A DNA stretch of 64,000 nt from an uncultured Candidatus Saccharibacteria bacterium (GCA_964517625.1 CAZFBW010000002.1:25893-89892), one strand, 5' to 3'; positions 1 to 9,904 are shown, counted from the first letter of the stretch. Made by a program: numbers and translations. Notes: generated from the letters alone by a model not told the origin.

Positions 1-248
1 TCGATGAGACTGATGTTCTTTTTGTACCGGTTGGAGGGGACGACACAACGCTTAACCCTTACGACGCGCACAAACTTTCCGTCGCACTTGAACCAAAGCT
101 CATCATTCCGATGGACTATACAGAAAAAACGCTTCCAATTTTCATGAAAGAAGCGGGAGAAAAAACTGCTCCAGTGGAAAAACTTACTATTAAAAAGAAA
201 GATATTGAAAACAAGCTCGGAGAAATCGTGTTATTCCACGAGATGTAA
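1..248 (+). CDS. MBL-fold metal-dependent hydrolase (UPF0173-like), C-terminal fragment truncated by window start
   Basis: Frame-3 translation ...DVLFVPVGGDDTTLNPYDAHKLSVALEPKLIIPMDY...LFHEM, stop TAA at 246-248; resembles C-termini of MBL-fold hydrolases. Confidence 0.45.
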   Translation, partial: DETDVLFVPVGGDDTTLNPYDAHKLSVALEPKLIIPMDYTEKTLPIFMKEAGEKTAPVEKLTIKKKDIENKLGEIVLFHEM

Positions 249-250
249 CA

Positions 251-580
251 ATGAAACTTTCTTTCAAAGCGTACGTTCGGTATCTTCGTAAGCAAAAAGA
301 GCATGTTCAACACGTGCATGCAATTATTTTTGCCGGAGCAATAACACTCCTTCTTGCGGTAGCAATTTTATATATTCAATACGGATACTGGCATGGCTCG
401 TATGAGCGAGCAGAGGTCGTGCAAAACGAGAATGAGACACTCATTACCGAAACCCCAAAAGAAACACTCATACGACTTTTTGGAGAAGGGAAGGAACGTT
501 TTAATCAGGCAATCTCCACACTTTCTCCACTTGAGGGAGGGGAAGTCACGTTTGATAGAAGTGCAACAACCACAAAATAA
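251..580 (+). CDS. hypothetical small membrane protein (one predicted TM helix)
   Basis: 109-aa ORF; hydrophobic stretch IIFAGAITLLLAVAILYI; no recognisable family. Confidence 0.3.
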   Translation: MKLSFKAYVRYLRKQKEHVQHVHAIIFAGAITLLLAVAILYIQYGYWHGSYERAEVVQNENETLITETPKETLIRLFGEGKERFNQAISTLSPLEGGEVTFDRSATTTK

Positions 581-614
581 GACAAAGAAAGGACTGGAAA
601 GAGTGTAGATTTTG

Positions 615-623
615 TGGTAGAAT
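615..623 (+). promoter_or_regulatory. extended -10 promoter element TGGTAGAAT upstream of gyrA
   Basis: TGnTAnAAT match ~40 nt upstream of gyrA ATG; the same motif recurs before many genes in this window. Confidence 0.4.
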
Positions 624-662
624 AGAGAGATATTGGTCGGTCAGACTATTTCATAAAAACCC

Positions 663-3152
663 ATGGCAAAAAAGAGTTCACAACCTGAAAGAAACCAAGA
701 AAATAAGGATAATTCACCAGCTAGTACTGGTTTTAAATCTGTTGATATTTCTCATGAAATGCGTGTTGCGTACTTGGACTATGCGATGAGTGTGATTACC
801 TCGCGTGCGCTTCCTGATGCTCGCGACGGCCTTAAACCAGTGCACCGCAGAATTTTGTTTGCAATGAATAAAATGGGTCTTAGTCCAGGAGCAAAGTTTC
901 GTAAATCAGCATCCATTGTTGGTGAAGTACTTGGTAAGTACCACCCACACGGAGACGCATCTGTATACGATGCCATGGTAAAGTCAGCACAAGATTTTTC
1001 ATATCGTTACCCACTTGTTTTTGGACAAGGAAACTTTGGTTCACTTGATGGTGATGGAGCAGCGGCGATGCGTTACACCGAAGCGAAAATGTCAAAAGTA
1101 TCTATGGAGATGCTTCGTGATATCGAAAAAGAAACCGTACAGATGGTGCCAAACTATGATGGTACAGAAAAAGAACCATCAGTACTTCCAACAGCTGTGC
1201 CAAACATGCTTTTAAACGGTACCCTTGGTATTGCGGTTGGTATGGCGACCAACATCCCGCCACACAACCTAACGGAAGTTGTTGATGCGACAATTCACTT
1301 GATTGATAATCCGCAAGCAACAACCGAAGATCTCTGTGAGTATGTAAAAGGACCAGACTTTCCAGTTGGTGGTGTTGCATTTGGACAATCAGATATTCGC
1401 CAGGCCTACGCAACAGGACGAGGTGGTGTGGTTACGCGAGGTGAAGCGGAAATTGTTGAAACTAAAAACGGACAATTCCAAATTATCATTACCTCAATCC
1501 CATACCGTGTTTTAAAAAGTAATTTGATTGAAAAAATTGCAGACCTTGTTCACGAAAAGAAATTGGAAGGTATCAAAGGGCTTCGTGATGAATCAACCAA
1601 AGACATTCGCGTGGTGATTGATTTGAAATCAGGCGCGCAACCGCAGAAGGTTCTTAACTATTTGTATAAACATACGGAACTTGAATCAACGTTCCACTTC
1701 AACATGGTTGCGCTTGTTGACGGTGTTCCACAAACGCTTTCCCTTAAAGGCGCAATTTCTTCATTTATTGATCACAGAAAAGAAGTTGTTCGTCGTCGTA
1801 CGGAATACGATTTAAAACGCGCGCTTGAACGCGAGCATATTTTACTCGGTCTTAAAAAAGCGCTTGATCACATTGATGAAATTATTAAAATCATCAAGAA
1901 ATCAAAAGATACTCCAGATGCTCACGCACAATTGATGAAGGCATTTAAGTTCTCCGATATTCAAGCAACGGCAATTTTGGAAATGAAATTACAGCGCTTA
2001 GCCGGCCTTGAACGAAAGAAGATTGAAGATGAACTAAAGGCGGTACAGGCTCTCATTGCCGAACTAAAGAGTATTCTTGCGTCGGTAAAGAAGATGAATG
2101 CCATTATCAAGAAAGAGCTTGAAGAGATTAGAGAAAAATACGGCGATGAACGCCGAACAAAAATCGTAAAGCATAAAGCGAAAGAATTTAATCCAGAAGA
2201 TTTGATTCCAGAAGCAGAACAGGTGCTTGTATTTACTGCTGGCGGATACGTAAAGCGAACCGACCCTTCAGAATTTAGAACACAAAAGCGCGGGGGTGTG
2301 GGTGTGGTTGATATGAACACAAAAGAAGAAGACTTTGTGGTTATGTCGCTCACCGCTTCAACACACAGCGACCTCTTGTTCTTCACCGACAAAGGAAAAG
2401 CATATCAAATCAAAATGTATGACCTTCCAGAAGGTAAGCGCGCAACACGCGGAAAATCAATCATGAATTTCCTTCAGTTAACTGATGGCGAAAAAGTGAC
2501 ATCAATACTTCCGATGCCAAAAGACATGAAAGGCAAAGTCGATGAACACATTTCACTCATGATGATTACCAAAGAAGGTACCGTGAAGAAATCAACCGCT
2601 TCAAGCTTTACTGACGTACGCCGAAACGGACTCATTGCTATTCGATTGGAAGATAAAGATGAATTGCTTGCAACACTGTTTGTGTCTCAAAATGACAGCG
2701 TGATTCTTACAACACAAAACGGTCAGTCAATTCGTTTTAATCACAATGACGTTCGCGAAATGGGACGCACCGCAGCGGGTGTGATTGGTATGAAGCTAGA
2801 TAAGGGCGATGTAATCGTGGCGGCGGATAAAATTATTGATGGAACAAAAGGCGGAGAACTTCTCATCATGACTGCAAATGGCTACGGGAAGAAGACAAAA
2901 CTTTCTGAATACAAGATTCAAAAGCGCGGTGGAAGTGGTATTAAAACAGTGAAGATTACGCCAAAAACCGGTAAGCTCATGGTCGCACGTGTTGTTACCG
3001 GAGAAATTGAGGACCTACTCGTCGTTTCAAAGGAATCACAAGTGATTCGTACAGAAATTTCTTCAATTCCAACCCTTGGACGTGATACGCAAGGCGTGCG
3101 CGTGATGAAGATGAGGGAAGGGGATTCTATCGCATCGTTTGACGTTTTGTAA
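663..3152 (+). CDS. gyrA: DNA gyrase subunit A
   Basis: 829 aa; motifs [26 protein letters not shown] and [16 protein letters not shown]; C-terminal beta-pinwheel repeats. Confidence 0.95.
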   Translation: MAKKSSQPERNQENKDNSPASTGFKSVDISHEMRVAYLDYAMSVITSRALPDARDGLKPVHRRILFAMNKMGLSPGAKFRKSASIVGEVLGKYHPHGDASVYDAMVKSAQDFSYRYPLVFGQGNFGSLDGDGAAAMRYTEAKMSKVSMEMLRDIEKETVQMVPNYDGTEKEPSVLPTAVPNMLLNGTLGIAVGMATNIPPHNLTEVVDATIHLIDNPQATTEDLCEYVKGPDFPVGGVAFGQSDIRQAYATGRGGVVTRGEAEIVETKNGQFQIIITSIPYRVLKSNLIEKIADLVHEKKLEGIKGLRDESTKDIRVVIDLKSGAQPQKVLNYLYKHTELESTFHFNMVALVDGVPQTLSLKGAISSFIDHRKEVVRRRTEYDLKRALEREHILLGLKKALDHIDEIIKIIKKSKDTPDAHAQLMKAFKFSDIQATAILEMKLQRLAGLERKKIEDELKAVQALIAELKSILASVKKMNAIIKKELEEIREKYGDERRTKIVKHKAKEFNPEDLIPEAEQVLVFTAGGYVKRTDPSEFRTQKRGGVGVVDMNTKEEDFVVMSLTASTHSDLLFFTDKGKAYQIKMYDLPEGKRATRGKSIMNFLQLTDGEKVTSILPMPKDMKGKVDEHISLMMITKEGTVKKSTASSFTDVRRNGLIAIRLEDKDELLATLFVSQNDSVILTTQNGQSIRFNHNDVREMGRTAAGVIGMKLDKGDVIVAADKIIDGTKGGELLIMTANGYGKKTKLSEYKIQKRGGSGIKTVKITPKTGKLMVARVVTGEIEDLLVVSKESQVIRTEISSIPTLGRDTQGVRVMKMREGDSIASFDVL

Positions 3153-3203
3153 AAAGCTAAAAATTACCCCATCTACGTTGTTGCAACTTCATTTTCGTCT
3201 TTC

Positions 3204-3226
3204 AACGTACTTGAAGTACGTTTCAT
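3204..3226 (+). terminator. hairpin after gyrA (8-bp stem AACGTACT/AGTACGTT)
   Basis: Perfect inverted repeat followed by TCATT; first of two hairpins in the gyrA 3' intergenic region. Confidence 0.35.
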
Positions 3227-3286
3227 TCCAAAAATCCGTGGCGCCCCGTATCTGGTTCAATTTTTACCTTTTTTAAAAATTCGGAC

Positions 3287-3319
3287 CGAGGAGACGACCG
3301 CGTAGCGGTCGTCTCCTCG
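3287..3319. terminator. strong 15-bp perfect hairpin (CGAGGAGACGACCGC-gta-GCGGTCGTCTCCTCG) with no U tail on the + side
   Basis: Perfect palindrome seen directly; the T/A-rich tract lies on the upstream side, so function is ambiguous (terminator or protein-binding site). Confidence 0.35.
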
Positions 3320-3363
3320 TATCCACTAGCAACTAGCAACTATTACCTATAAACTATAGGTAT

Positions 3364-3885
3364 ATGTTTCTCACCCCAGATCATCTTGTTAAAGAACTCT
3401 ATTTGAAGCCGGGCGACAAAGTAGCCGACATTGGATGTGGAACCGGTGCGTATACAATCGCACTTTCTCGAGAAGTTGGAGAAGTTGGCCAGGTTTACGC
3501 TGTTGATGTTCATCGTGACATGCTTCATACACTTTCAAATAATTGTGCGCGGTTTAGTATTCAAAATGTGGATGTTGTCTGGGCAGATATTGAAAAGGGG
3601 ACCCCGCTTGAAAAATACAGCCTGGACGCTTGTGTGCTTTCTAATGTTTTGTTTCAACTTGAAGAGCACGGGAAAGCACTGCGCAACATTCACATGCTCT
3701 TAAAACCCGAAGGGCAGTTGCTCGTTGTTGACTGGAGCCAATCGCACGCAGGCGCCGGTCCACACCCAGCACACGTTATAAGCGAGGCGCGCGCCGAAGA
3801 GTTGGCTCAAGAAAATGGTTTTCGTATTATTAAGCGTTTGCCAGCAGGGAGTTATCATTACGCATTTATAGCACTTTCCGTGTAA
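3364..3885 (+). CDS. class I SAM-dependent methyltransferase
   Basis: Motif I VADIGCGTGAYT; 173 aa typical small MTase fold. Confidence 0.8.
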   Translation: MFLTPDHLVKELYLKPGDKVADIGCGTGAYTIALSREVGEVGQVYAVDVHRDMLHTLSNNCARFSIQNVDVVWADIEKGTPLEKYSLDACVLSNVLFQLEEHGKALRNIHMLLKPEGQLLVVDWSQSHAGAGPHPAHVISEARAEELAQENGFRIIKRLPAGSYHYAFIALSV

Positions 3886-3897
3886 ACTGTACCGTAT

Positions 3898-5202
3898 ATG
3901 AGTATCTTTAAAATCATCATTACCGCTGTCGGCATCATCGCTGCGATTTTCTCCGTTTTGATTTTTTCTGGAAAACTTTCAATAGGAACTGCGTCTAAAA
4001 CACCACAAGGAAGTATCGTTATTTGGGGGACACTACCACAGGACGAGATGAGCAATTTTTTCTATTCATACATGAGTCAGGCAAAGGGTCAGCAAGTAAC
4101 ATATCAATTCGTTAAGGAAGATCAGTTTGCTGAAGCTCTTGTGGAGGCTCTCGCAAGTGGTGTTGGACCTGACGCAATTATTGCGCCGTACCAACTTATT
4201 TTAGAACAAGAAAAAAGGGTGTATCCATTTCCACAAGCATCGTTTCCACAAAAAACATATCGCGATATGTATGTTGATGGAGCATCAATCTTTTGGACAA
4301 ATAGAGGAGCGCTTGCACTTCCTATCGCAATTGAACCAATGGTGTTGTTCTTTAACCGAACCTTGCTCGCTAAACACGGAGTGGCGCTTCCACCTGAGTA
4401 CTGGGATGAATTAAATGATATGGGTCCAAAACTCACCATTCTTACCCAACAGGGGGTGTTTACGGAAAGTGCGATTGCGCTTGGTGCATACGGTAATGTT
4501 TTGTATGCAAAAGATATTTTGACAACGATTATTGCTCAGCTTGGGCAAGCGGTTGTTGTTAAACAAACATCGCAAGACGGCAAAGATAGTTACAGTGTGA
4601 CCGCAAATGCCCCGCTTCAAGAAGGGGGGGATGTGTTACCACTTGCAACCGCCCTTCGCTTCTTTATGGAATTTTCAAATCCAACAAAAATAAAATATAC
4701 CTGGAACCAATTTTTACCAAACGCGCAGGACCAGTTCGTTGCTGAAAAATTAGCTCTCTATGTTGGTTACTATGGTGAAGCAAAAACCATGCGCGAACGA
4801 AACGGGAGAATCGATTTTGATGTGGCTGTGCTTCCACAAACACGCGGATACAACACGCTCGTGACCGGTATGAAACTCTACGGTATGGCAACACTCCTTG
4901 CTGCACGCAACAAGGAAGTTTCGTTTGCGGTTCAATCAGCGCTCGCGTCAGCTTCGTGGTCAAACGTTCTTGCTCCGACAATTGGCGCGCTTCCTCCACA
5001 GCGCGTGTATGTGCAACAACCAAATGTTCCGGAGGTGGTCAAGAAGAGTCTGCTCGTCGCTCGTGGGTGGTATGATTTGAAACCAAGAGATTCCTCTCCT
5101 TTGTTTGAGACGATGGTGCGTGATGTGACAAGTGGTCGTGTTGAGGTGTCTGAAGCAGCGAGCCAGTTTGTACAGCGCTTGCGTGCAAAGTATACTAACT
5201 AA
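3898..5202 (+). CDS. membrane-anchored extracellular solute-binding protein (SBP_bac_1-like)
   Basis: N-terminal TM/signal anchor; segments IVIWGTLPQDEM, GVGPDAIIAPYQLI and NRTLLAKHGVALPPEYWDELNDMGPKLT resemble ABC sugar-binding proteins. Confidence 0.55.
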   Translation: MSIFKIIITAVGIIAAIFSVLIFSGKLSIGTASKTPQGSIVIWGTLPQDEMSNFFYSYMSQAKGQQVTYQFVKEDQFAEALVEALASGVGPDAIIAPYQLILEQEKRVYPFPQASFPQKTYRDMYVDGASIFWTNRGALALPIAIEPMVLFFNRTLLAKHGVALPPEYWDELNDMGPKLTILTQQGVFTESAIALGAYGNVLYAKDILTTIIAQLGQAVVVKQTSQDGKDSYSVTANAPLQEGGDVLPLATALRFFMEFSNPTKIKYTWNQFLPNAQDQFVAEKLALYVGYYGEAKTMRERNGRIDFDVAVLPQTRGYNTLVTGMKLYGMATLLAARNKEVSFAVQSALASASWSNVLAPTIGALPPQRVYVQQPNVPEVVKKSLLVARGWYDLKPRDSSPLFETMVRDVTSGRVEVSEAASQFVQRLRAKYTN

Positions 5203-5204
5203 CT

Positions 5205-5918
5205 ATGAAACTTAAAGCTATAATTTTGGCATCGCTTGTTACGGTAAGTATTGGCGCTTTGTTTGCTCAAGGGCAACTATCGGGGGATGCGGTGTGTGGT
5301 GCGGGGGATAAGGCGTGTACCTTCGCAGATCTTAAGAAAATTCTTTCAAGTACATTTCTTTTTCTTCTTCAGATCGCAATTGCTTTTTTGCTTCTCATGA
5401 TTATGTATTCTGCCGCGCAAGTAATGACATCCCAAGACAAAGCGGGCGCACTTAAAGAAGCAAAGACGAGACTGTGGAACGTTCTTCTTGGTTTTTTACT
5501 CATTACTCTTGTTGCAGGCGGGGGATACCTTGCTTTCTTGTCATACTTTAATATCGAGAGTAAATTCCTAACCCCTATTACAAATCTTTTTTCGGTGAAT
5601 CTTTCTGATGTGTTGCCGTTTGCACAGGCGCACGCACAAGATGCGGAAAAGCTTCCAAATCCGCTCGGCACAACAACTAATCTTTTTGACTTTTTGGGAA
5701 TGCTCGTCTCACTCGTGATTCGATGGTTCGTGTTTCCAGTGATTATCTTTTCATGGTTATACACTGGTTTCCAATATGTCTACGCGCAGGGTAATCCCCA
5801 GAAATTGATGGAAGCACACAAATGGCTCTGGTGGACACTTATCGGAACTTTTACTATTATGTTAGCAGAGGGGTTCACTCTCGCTTTACAGGGAACCTTT
5901 AAACAATTTTTCTCATAA
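5205..5918 (+). CDS. secreted two-helix membrane protein, internally duplicated VirB2/TrbC-like (T4SS pilin-like) module
   Basis: Signal peptide MKLKAIILASLVTVSIGALFA; contains two copies of the pattern [hydrophobic helix]-[charged loop ...K..LW..L.G]-[hydrophobic helix] shared with the next three ORFs. Confidence 0.5.
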   Translation: MKLKAIILASLVTVSIGALFAQGQLSGDAVCGAGDKACTFADLKKILSSTFLFLLQIAIAFLLLMIMYSAAQVMTSQDKAGALKEAKTRLWNVLLGFLLITLVAGGGYLAFLSYFNIESKFLTPITNLFSVNLSDVLPFAQAHAQDAEKLPNPLGTTTNLFDFLGMLVSLVIRWFVFPVIIFSWLYTGFQYVYAQGNPQKLMEAHKWLWWTLIGTFTIMLAEGFTLALQGTFKQFFS

Positions 5919-5926
5919 CTATTTTT

Positions 5927-6427
5927 ATGTTCAAACATCCTTTCATCCTTAGTTTTATTCTTGCAAGTATCGGTGTACCACTACTTGTTTCTGCACAAAC
6001 AAACTTCTCTTCACTTGGAACACTCATCGGTAATTTCCGAACAAACGTTGTAGAAGCACTCGGCATGCTTGCAATTACCGCCGCGGTCGTTGCTTTCTTT
6101 TTCGGCGTTGTACAGTTTATTTGGGCTTCACGCGAGGGAAAGGATACAGAAATGACAAAAGGGAAGAATTTCATGCTCTGGGGCCTTATTGCGCTTTTCG
6201 TGATGTTTTCTGTCTGGGGTATTATCAAGTTTGCACAAAGCTTTTTTGGACCCGACATGTCAAGTACAAACATTACCATCCCATCGTTTAAATTTAATGG
6301 AAGCAGTGGACCAGGGCCAGTCGCAGGAGATAAGAAGCCCGCTGGAAGCGCTTGTGCAAATGGTAATGAGTGCCAAAGCGGTAGTTGTGTCTATATAAGC
6401 CCTGACGCTGGTAAACAATGTAATTAG
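5927..6427 (+). CDS. VirB2/TrbC-like (T4SS pilin-like) secreted protein with Cys-rich C-terminal tail
   Basis: Signal peptide then LAITAAVVAFFFGVVQFIWASREGKDTEMTKGKNFMLWGLIALFVMFSVWGII; C-terminus CANGNECQSGSCVYISPDAGKQC has 4 Cys. Confidence 0.5.
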   Translation: MFKHPFILSFILASIGVPLLVSAQTNFSSLGTLIGNFRTNVVEALGMLAITAAVVAFFFGVVQFIWASREGKDTEMTKGKNFMLWGLIALFVMFSVWGIIKFAQSFFGPDMSSTNITIPSFKFNGSSGPGPVAGDKKPAGSACANGNECQSGSCVYISPDAGKQCN

Positions 6428-6516
6428 TCAAGAAAAGCACTCTGTGGATAGAACGCCTTGATTTACTTGCTAATCTCTAGCGCTTGGATATACTTACTAG
6501 TATAGATAAAAATAAT

Positions 6517-6885
6517 ATGAAAAAGATACTTACAACGGTTTCGGGTATTGTTTCTAGCGTTGGTTTTGCGTTTGCGCAAACAGCGCCTGGCCAGGGTTTG
6601 ATTAACTTGCTTAATTTGGCACAAAATATTACTAACCGACTCATACCAATCCTCATGGGTCTCGGGGTTGCTGCTCTTTTCTTCGGTCTCGTGATGTACA
6701 TTTGGAAGGGACGCGAGGACAAAGTTGAACACGAAAAGTGGATGAAGTTTATCGGCGCTTCAATTGTTGCCATTTTCGTAATGGTTTCTATTTGGGGGCT
6801 TGTTAGATTCTTCGGAAGTATTGTTGGTGTTGATGCTGTTGGTGCTCCAAACCCAGCAAACCTCATTCCAATGCCTACTAATTAA
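6517..6885 (+). CDS. VirB2/TrbC-like (T4SS pilin-like) secreted protein
   Basis: Start moved to MKKILTT (the ORF-track ATG at 6484 lies in a promoter-like TATACTTACTAGTATAGAT); signal peptide ...AFA/QT then LIPILMGLGVAALFFGLVMYIWKGREDKVEHEKWMKFIGASIVAIFVMVSIWGLV. Confidence 0.5.
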   Translation: MKKILTTVSGIVSSVGFAFAQTAPGQGLINLLNLAQNITNRLIPILMGLGVAALFFGLVMYIWKGREDKVEHEKWMKFIGASIVAIFVMVSIWGLVRFFGSIVGVDAVGAPNPANLIPMPTN

Positions 6886-6899
6886 TCGTTGTACGTATC

Positions 6900-6933
6900 A
6901 AACAAAACAGCGCGCAAGGCGCTGTTTTGTTTT
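6900..6933 (+). terminator. rho-independent terminator (AAACAAAACAGCGC-gcaag-GCGCTGTTTTGTTTT)
   Basis: GC stem plus T tract immediately after the stop of the 6517-6885 ORF. Confidence 0.6.
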
Positions 6934-6936
6934 AGT

Positions 6937-6945
6937 GGTATACTT
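6937..6945 (+). promoter_or_regulatory. extended -10 element TGGTATACT
   Basis: Located between the terminator and the ATG at 6983. Confidence 0.4.
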
Positions 6946-6982
6946 TCGGAAAAGGTATCAACATATATTTGACCCCTATATT

Positions 6983-7300
6983 ATGAAAAAATTTTTCGTA
7001 CCATGCTGTAGTTTACTCGCTAGCACCAGTTTTGTTCTTGCTGTTACTGGTGATCAGCTCTATCAAAATGTCATGAAGACGCTTTTTGAACCGCTCATTC
7101 AGTTTGCAATCTTTCTCGCCTTTCTTTACTTTTTGTATGGCGGATTTATGTTTGTTGTTAATTTGTACAATCAAGATGCCGACAAAATGAATGCAGGCAA
7201 GAGACACTTGTTGTGGGGGACGATTGGCCTTTTCATCATGCTTTCCATTGGTGGAATTCTAAGTTTGATTAACACAACACTTGGTGGGAACTTTCAATAA
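6983..7300 (+). CDS. VirB2/TrbC-like (T4SS pilin-like) secreted protein
   Basis: Start at MKKFFVPCC (in frame with ORF-track 6800..7300, whose upstream part overlaps the previous gene and the terminator); LIQFAIFLAFLYFLYGGFMFVVNLYNQDADKMNAGKRHLLWGTIGLFIMLSIGGIL. Confidence 0.5.
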   Translation: MKKFFVPCCSLLASTSFVLAVTGDQLYQNVMKTLFEPLIQFAIFLAFLYFLYGGFMFVVNLYNQDADKMNAGKRHLLWGTIGLFIMLSIGGILSLINTTLGGNFQ

Positions 7301-7326
7301 TTCTTTGTGTTAGAATAAGACAACAT

Positions 7327-8733
7327 ATGGCTGAAACTACAACTACGGAAACAACAATGGAAAAAATTGTATCGCTTTGTAAAAGGAGGGGGTTTATTTT
7401 CCCTTCTTCTGAGATTTACGGTGGTTTTTCTGGTGTGTACGATTATGGCCACTATGGAACACTTTTGTTTAATAATGTAAAACAAGCATGGTGGAAGGCG
7501 ATGGTTCAAGAGCGTCTCGATGTTGTTGGTGTGGATACGGCAATTTTTATGCATCCAACAACATGGAAAGCCTCAGGACATGTTGATGGTTTTGATGACC
7601 CACAAATTGATTGTCGAAAATGTAAAAGCCGTTTTCGTGCAGACCACGTACTTGAAAGCTTTTCTGTTAATGCGGATAAGCAGTCGATTGAATGGATTAA
7701 CACCGAACTCGACAAACTTCGAGCCGACAAGAAGCTTGTTTGTCCAAATTGTAATAGTGCCGACCTTACGCCGGCGCGCAAGTTTTCTTTGATGGTTAAA
7801 TCAAATCTCGGATCGCCAGTTGACGAACTTTCCGAAGAAAATGTTGTATATTTGCGACCAGAGACATGTGGTGGAATTTATCTTGAATATAAAAATACTA
7901 TCGACACACTTCACCCAAAGCTTCCGTTTGGTATCGCCCAAATCGGTAAAGCATTTAGAAATGAAATTGTTGCTAAGCAATTTGTATTTAGAACACGAGA
8001 GTTTGAACAAATGGAAATGCAATATTTCCATCACCCGTCACAGACGAAAGAAATTTTTGAGAAGTGGCAAAAAGATAGATGGGCATTTTATTTAGAATAT
8101 GGAATTCCAGAAACAAAACTGCACTGGTATAAACATGAAAAACTCGCCCATTATGCTTCAGAGGCGTACGACATTGAATATAATTATGCAATGCTTGGTG
8201 GATTTAAGGAGCTCGAAGGCGTACACGCGCGAGGGGATTGGGACTTATCACAACATAGTAAGTTTTCCGGTATTGATTTGTCATATTTTGATGAAGCAAC
8301 CCGTGAACGATTCATGCCCCACATTGTAGAGACATCGGTTGGTGTTGCGCGTACTGTACTTGCATTTATTGATAGCGCGTACACGGAAGAAGAAGTGGAA
8401 GGAGAAACTCGCGTTGTACTTAAATTAGACAAGCGACTGTCTCCAGTTAAGGTGGCCATCTTACCACTTTCAAAAAAAGAAGAACTTACTAAACCAGCAA
8501 AAGATTTGTTCGCGACATTATCCAAAAAAATGTTTGTTGAATACGACGAAACACAGTCAATCGGTAAGCGCTATCGCAGGCAGGATGAAATTGGAACGCC
8601 GTATTGTGTGACCGTTGACTTTGACACGCTTACCGACAATAGGGTTACGGTGCGCGACCGCGACACTATGAAGCAAGAACGTATCGCAATTGCTGAACTT
8701 GCACACTATCTACAGGAAAAACTAGAGAAGTAA
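7327..8733 (+). CDS. glyQS: glycine--tRNA ligase (dimeric class II type)
   Basis: KRRGFIFPSSEIYGGFSGVYDYGHYG N-terminal signature; 468 aa; true start may be the internal MEKIV at 7357. Confidence 0.9.
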   Translation: MAETTTTETTMEKIVSLCKRRGFIFPSSEIYGGFSGVYDYGHYGTLLFNNVKQAWWKAMVQERLDVVGVDTAIFMHPTTWKASGHVDGFDDPQIDCRKCKSRFRADHVLESFSVNADKQSIEWINTELDKLRADKKLVCPNCNSADLTPARKFSLMVKSNLGSPVDELSEENVVYLRPETCGGIYLEYKNTIDTLHPKLPFGIAQIGKAFRNEIVAKQFVFRTREFEQMEMQYFHHPSQTKEIFEKWQKDRWAFYLEYGIPETKLHWYKHEKLAHYASEAYDIEYNYAMLGGFKELEGVHARGDWDLSQHSKFSGIDLSYFDEATRERFMPHIVETSVGVARTVLAFIDSAYTEEEVEGETRVVLKLDKRLSPVKVAILPLSKKEELTKPAKDLFATLSKKMFVEYDETQSIGKRYRRQDEIGTPYCVTVDFDTLTDNRVTVRDRDTMKQERIAIAELAHYLQEKLEK

Positions 8734-8749
8734 GAGTATACTTACTTGT

Positions 8750-9061
8750 ATGGAAGAAGGAACTGTGCAGAAAATTTCTATAAGTGAACAAGCGCAAGGC
8801 ATTTTACTTGCACATAATTTGCTCATCAATACTGACGGGTCGCTTACCTATAAAAGTATTGTTGCAACACCTTCTGTCGTTAATCCCGGCATCGATTTGA
8901 CTAAGTTAACGCAACTTGTCGTTGATGTTGTGCCCGGAAAAGAAAACACACTTTCGCTTATGTATCACCTAGCACCGATTGAATATGATTTTGAAGTAGC
9001 GATTGCTAAGAATGAACAGGGAGAGGATACGCTGTACCTGTATAACCCGCACATTGCTTAA
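8750..9061 (+). CDS. hypothetical protein
   Basis: 103-aa ORF packed tightly after glyQS; no recognisable motif. Confidence 0.35.
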   Translation: MEEGTVQKISISEQAQGILLAHNLLINTDGSLTYKSIVATPSVVNPGIDLTKLTQLVVDVVPGKENTLSLMYHLAPIEYDFEVAIAKNEQGEDTLYLYNPHIA

Positions 9062-9070
9062 CCATCGTCT

Positions 9071-9625
9071 ATGGAACACACACCAGAACAACAAGAAAAA
9101 AAACAAACGCCTCCACCAAGCGTGCTTCGGCCAGTTCGACCGTTTGTATCGCGGTTACCAGGGATGGTTGCTGTAGCGGTTGCAACAACTGTTGGAGTTG
9201 GTGTTGCGCCTGATGTAGAAGCGGGGAGTAATCGAAACAATGTGTTGGCAGGAATTGCTGGCGTGATGGCAATTAGTAATGCTATGAGTGGCGATAGAAT
9301 GGCCTCCAATCGTTTGGAAATAAAAAAGCCCGATGAATTTGTGGTTACATTTAGCAATCGTGCAGAAGATACGATGCGCAACCTACGACTTACCTACGAT
9401 ACAACGACACAGAAAATAAGCAGACCAAACGGCGAAAGAATTGCTTTTGAAAAACCAGGAAGAAAAGTTATTTCTGTGAATGTTGCTGGACTTTCTCCAA
9501 ACCAATTGCAAATAGAGTGTATATATTCTGACCAACTCGGAACATATTCTCAGAAGTCATACGCCATCGTTGATGCCTCTCAACATTTGAAGGTTTTTGA
9601 AGAGATGTCTCAACGAATTAGCTAA
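9071..9625 (+). CDS. hypothetical protein (Pro-rich N-terminus, Ala/Val-rich hydrophobic segment)
   Basis: 184-aa ORF; MVAVAVATTVGVGVAPDVEAG low-complexity hydrophobic region. Confidence 0.35.
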   Translation: MEHTPEQQEKKQTPPPSVLRPVRPFVSRLPGMVAVAVATTVGVGVAPDVEAGSNRNNVLAGIAGVMAISNAMSGDRMASNRLEIKKPDEFVVTFSNRAEDTMRNLRLTYDTTTQKISRPNGERIAFEKPGRKVISVNVAGLSPNQLQIECIYSDQLGTYSQKSYAIVDASQHLKVFEEMSQRIS

Positions 9626-9667
9626 TTAGAGACGCCATAGAAAGGGGCTTGAAAAGAAGCTTTTTTG

Positions 9668-9676
9668 TGGTATAAT
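9668..9676 (+). promoter_or_regulatory. extended -10 element TGGTATAAT only ~9 nt before the rpmG ATG (possibly leaderless mRNA)
   Basis: Consensus extended -10 seen directly; no SD between it and the ATG. Confidence 0.35.
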
Positions 9677-9685
9677 TAACAGATT

Positions 9686-9847
9686 ATGGCAAAGGCACAA
9701 GATAATCTCATTCAAATTAAGCACAAAGAGACCGGAGAGGTCTATTGGACGCGCAAGAACAAGAAAAAAGTTGCGCGCAAAATTGAGCTTAAAAAATACT
9801 CAAAGAAACTCCGAAAGCATGTGATGTTTAAGGAGACAAAGAAGTAA
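9686..9847 (+). CDS. rpmG: 50S ribosomal protein L33 (Cys-less, zinc-independent form)
   Basis: 53-aa ORF MAKAQDNLIQIKHKETGEVYWTRKNKKKVARKIELKKYSKKLRKHVMFKETKK; absent from the ORF track because <60 aa. Confidence 0.8.
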   Translation: MAKAQDNLIQIKHKETGEVYWTRKNKKKVARKIELKKYSKKLRKHVMFKETKK

Positions 9848-9851
9848 ATAA

Positions 9852-9880
9852 AAAATCTGCACATTGTTGCAGATTTTTTA
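9852..9880 (+). terminator. rho-independent terminator after rpmG
   Basis: ATCTGCA-cattgt-TGCAGAT stem flanked by A and T tracts. Confidence 0.6.
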
Positions 9881-9904
9881 CTTCTTCTGTAGAGTGTCTA
9901 TAGT

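Noticed and set aside
6484-6516. ORF-track start at 6484 (MDILTSIDKNN...)
   Set aside because: This ATG sits inside a promoter-like TATACTTACTAGTATAGAT; the downstream MKKIL start gives a proper signal peptide.
6800-6982. N-terminal extension of the ORF 6800..7300
   Set aside because: The extension overlaps the preceding gene's 3' end and a terminator/promoter pair; the in-frame ATG at 6983 gives a signal peptide consistent with its paralogs.
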